DNA from: Candidatus Thorarchaeota archaeon
Lineage (GTDB): Archaea; Asgardarchaeota; Thorarchaeia; Thorarchaeales; Thorarchaeaceae
Length of the DNA: 10,695 nt
Direction: 5' to 3'
Assembly (NCBI GenBank): GCA_016840855.1
Contig: JAEORO010000003.1
Span: 1 to 10,695 of the forward strand
Position numbers and translations under genes: made by a program. Below are positions 8,366 to 10,695 of this stretch, piece by piece (the stretch's first letter is position 1; every line of letters starts with the position of its first letter). The notes below the pieces were generated by a model. That model saw nothing but the letters and a program-made list of their open reading frames with translations. It searched no databases and was not told the DNA's origin.

Positions 8366-8390
8366 ATGCCCAGTTGATTAAACTGGGCAT
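8366..8390 (-). terminator. Terminator-like or transcript-stabilising hairpin
   Basis: Perfect 10-bp stem ATGCCCAGTT/AACTGGGCAT with a 5-nt loop, 5 nt after the TAA of the 745-aa gene. It is followed on the minus strand by the pyrimidine tract CCCCCTCTTT. Confidence 0.65.
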
Positions 8391-8395
8391 AGGTA

Positions 8396-10633
8396 TTATC
8401 CTACTTGTTGCTTTGGTTTGATGACAAAGACATATACTACAAGAATGACTCCTGCAACAGTAACAACAATAACAGCTACGAGTAGCGGTAGCAAATCCAT
8501 TGGTGGTGGTACATCAATGTCTGTCACTGTATACCCAACCTGAGAACTCTGTGAAATCTGTCCAAAGGCATCTACAGCTTCCACATAGAGTTCCACGTGT
8601 GTGCCTATCGATTGTCCGGGGATTGTTGCATTGAAACTAGCTCCCGTATCTATCATAGCAACCTCGTTCCATGCTCCAGTACCAATTTGGTAGTGAAGTG
8701 TCACAGAATCAAGACTTGGATCATAGACCTGAGCTGATACATTGACATCCGTATCAGCAATGGTTGGTGTAAAGAATATGCTCTCAATTTTGGGTCCAGG
8801 ATCATTGTATAGATAAACGTCATCAAAGAGAACTTCAATCTGCCCTCCAGAACCTGCTTCTCCATACAGAATTATGCTATAGACATAGGTGTCTGGTGGA
8901 GTACCGAACTCTGATTCGTAGTCATTGTACAGGTTTCTCTGCAAATTCGTCCAAACACCTTCGGCATTATGACCAGGTACTATGATGAAGGCATCGAATC
9001 CATTTCCAGTTGGAACAGCAGAGTTGTTTGCTAGAATATATGCAAGTGATTTTTCTTCAAAATAAACCTCTATGTACAATAAGTTTCCTGCATCCGCGGT
9101 CCAATCTTCGATACGCCAGTACAAATCCAACCAGACATCAGTATTTTCATTGATTTGATATTTCTCAAGATACTGCTCTCCACCGAAGTATTCTCCATTT
9201 GCGAGCGCTAGTCTCGCAGCTCGAGACCCTGAGTGTGCAATGTCAGTTACCGTGTAGCTCGGCGATGGATTATCACCAAGATTCCAAGTCCATATTTCAT
9301 CTCCTACATGCTGTTGGTCTTCATAGCCCATATCACTCAACGCGGATGTAATATGAGAAATATCATCAAACAGGATTGTAATGCGAGCACCAGAGTCTCG
9401 TGAGTACACCTCAACCTCAATATCATCAATAATAATGAAATCAGTTGTATTCACTGAACTTACATCTGACCAAATACTTCTATCAAAGGTGTGCCATTGA
9501 TTTGTCACATTAAATCCTGTTGCTGTGAGTTCCTGTCCTCCATAGGTTTCGTATGGGATGGAGTCCCCCACATAGAAAAGAGCATAGGTGAGATAGAACT
9601 CGACATCTTCTGTTCCATTCCTGCAGTAGATTCTGAGATAAGCATAGGTATTGACCCAAGCAGATACAACTTCATCAATTCGCCATTGAAAACTAAGTCT
9701 ATCTGGATTCAAACTTGAAGCTCTAATATTGTTGTAGGTGCCAAACTGCGCGGAGCTAATGTTGCCATTTGACATCACTGTTGTATTTAGGCTAAATTCT
9801 CCCTCTTGACGTGTCGTACTTTTGCTGATCAAAGCTGGATCATTGTTCTGATTGGTTTGCCAGATACTACTTGACTCGAAATTGCCATTAGAAATACTTC
9901 CTCCAATGAAAGTTGTACCATTTACGAGCCAGACATCATCAAAATATGCTCTACAGTATGCAGTTGTCCGGCTAAGTAGCTGAATCTCAAATGTGTAGAA
10001 TTGGTATGTGGGATATGTGTCAAAAGCCTCGAAATAATCCTCAGTCATATTTCTATCAAATAAGTTCCAAGTTTGTATGGGACCCGAGATTTGGAAATAG
10101 CAATTATTGGTACTATTCGTAAGGACTGTATCTTGACTTTCAAAGTAATAATAGAGATTTCTTTCTCCTGGGGCTGCAAACCTTACTCTTAGACGCAGAT
10201 AATTACTATCAATTGCGTTTGGTAATTCATCAATAAACCAATCAAATTTGAGAGTCAGATTTGTCGGGTTGTTCCATGATGACCATGAAGCCCGCCTCAA
10301 TACAGCCTCTGAGTAATCAATGGGATTTAATGCTCGTGCTTGGAGCACAAACGAGCGTGCCCCCTCGTTCACGTAGGTTGGGTTTGTTTCATAATATGCA
10401 TAATGTTCTGTGGTGAATCCTGATGAGATGCTTTCCGGACTAGTGTCATCATACCATGACTCGAAACCCGGATTTGGGAACAGATTTGTTTTCCACTCGA
10501 CACGAGTTGTGTCTGTTTCTGCATTTGTAGATGTTTCCCTCTGAATCAAGTTAACCTCAGAAAGAGGAGTGATGATTGGGATAACCCACAAAATGACACA
10601 TAGAATTCCAAGTAGTTTTAGGTGGTTTTTCAT
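8396..10633 (-). CDS. Membrane-anchored cell-surface (glyco)protein with three CBM-like beta-sandwich repeats and an Ig-like domain
   Basis: N-terminal signal-like segment MKNHLKLLGILCVILWVIPII. Three repeats open with NPGFE, NGNFE, DMGYE and close with YFDDV, LFDDI, LFDDV. Ig-like unit VNVSAQVYD to YVEAVDAFG. C-terminal TM helix with a short basic tail (IKPKQQVG). Many N-x-S/T sequons. GAGGT SD upstream. Confidence 0.8.
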   Translation of the reverse strand: MKNHLKLLGILCVILWVIPIITPLSEVNLIQRETSTNAETDTTRVEWKTNLFPNPGFESWYDDTSPESISSGFTTEHYAYYETNPTYVNEGARSFVLQARALNPIDYSEAVLRRASWSSWNNPTNLTLKFDWFIDELPNAIDSNYLRLRVRFAAPGERNLYYYFESQDTVLTNSTNNCYFQISGPIQTWNLFDRNMTEDYFEAFDTYPTYQFYTFEIQLLSRTTAYCRAYFDDVWLVNGTTFIGGSISNGNFESSSIWQTNQNNDPALISKSTTRQEGEFSLNTTVMSNGNISSAQFGTYNNIRASSLNPDRLSFQWRIDEVVSAWVNTYAYLRIYCRNGTEDVEFYLTYALFYVGDSIPYETYGGQELTATGFNVTNQWHTFDRSIWSDVSSVNTTDFIIIDDIEVEVYSRDSGARITILFDDISHITSALSDMGYEDQQHVGDEIWTWNLGDNPSPSYTVTDIAHSGSRAARLALANGEYFGGEQYLEKYQINENTDVWLDLYWRIEDWTADAGNLLYIEVYFEEKSLAYILANNSAVPTGNGFDAFIIVPGHNAEGVWTNLQRNLYNDYESEFGTPPDTYVYSIILYGEAGSGGQIEVLFDDVYLYNDPGPKIESIFFTPTIADTDVNVSAQVYDPSLDSVTLHYQIGTGAWNEVAMIDTGASFNATIPGQSIGTHVELYVEAVDAFGQISQSSQVGYTVTDIDVPPPMDLLPLLVAVIVVTVAGVILVVYVFVIKPKQQVG

Positions 10634-10695
10634 AATTTCCTACCTCGCGAGGACAAATCATCGTTTGAATCATCTGCTTATTTCTTCTTTGCAGA

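Noticed and set aside
475-9718. Short ORFs in the track (475-732, 1566-1799, 1932-2123, 3595-3801, 3665-3862, 4751-5074, 5805-6023, 6345-6587, 7552-7815, 8127-8357, 9491-9718)
   Set aside because: All lie largely antisense to well-supported genes and have no recognisable motifs, so they are shadow ORFs.
10678-10695. Possible 3' end of an upstream minus-strand gene (SAKKK*)
   Set aside because: Only six codons are visible, which is plausible but cannot be supported.
1-10695. CRISPR arrays, tRNA/rRNA genes, IS elements, tandem repeats, DGR or retron components
   Set aside because: Intergenic gaps are all short. No regularly spaced repeats, cloverleaf structures, or transposase, integrase or reverse transcriptase motifs were seen.

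Overview
AT-rich, gene-dense prokaryotic window that looks archaeal. The kinase styles, output-less receiver protein, sequon-rich surface protein and GAGGT(G) Shine-Dalgarno sites suggest an Asgard/Thorarchaeota-like genome, but this is inference only. It holds the 3' end of an ICMT/Ste14-family membrane methyltransferase and a DUF362 protein. A signalling cluster follows: a soluble 4xPAS histidine kinase divergent from a ~16-TM membrane histidine kinase, a MaoC/PhaJ-type hydratase, a GbsR/MarR-like wHTH regulator and a REC-coiled coil-GAF-PAS protein with no output domain. The window ends with a membrane-anchored surface protein carrying three CBM-like repeats and an Ig-like domain, followed by a terminator-like hairpin. 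No RNA genes, CRISPR arrays or mobile elements were seen. The most notable items are the apparent tandem MASE3-like/MASE4-like sensor, the two-kinase/one output-less receiver arrangement, and the triple-repeat surface protein.
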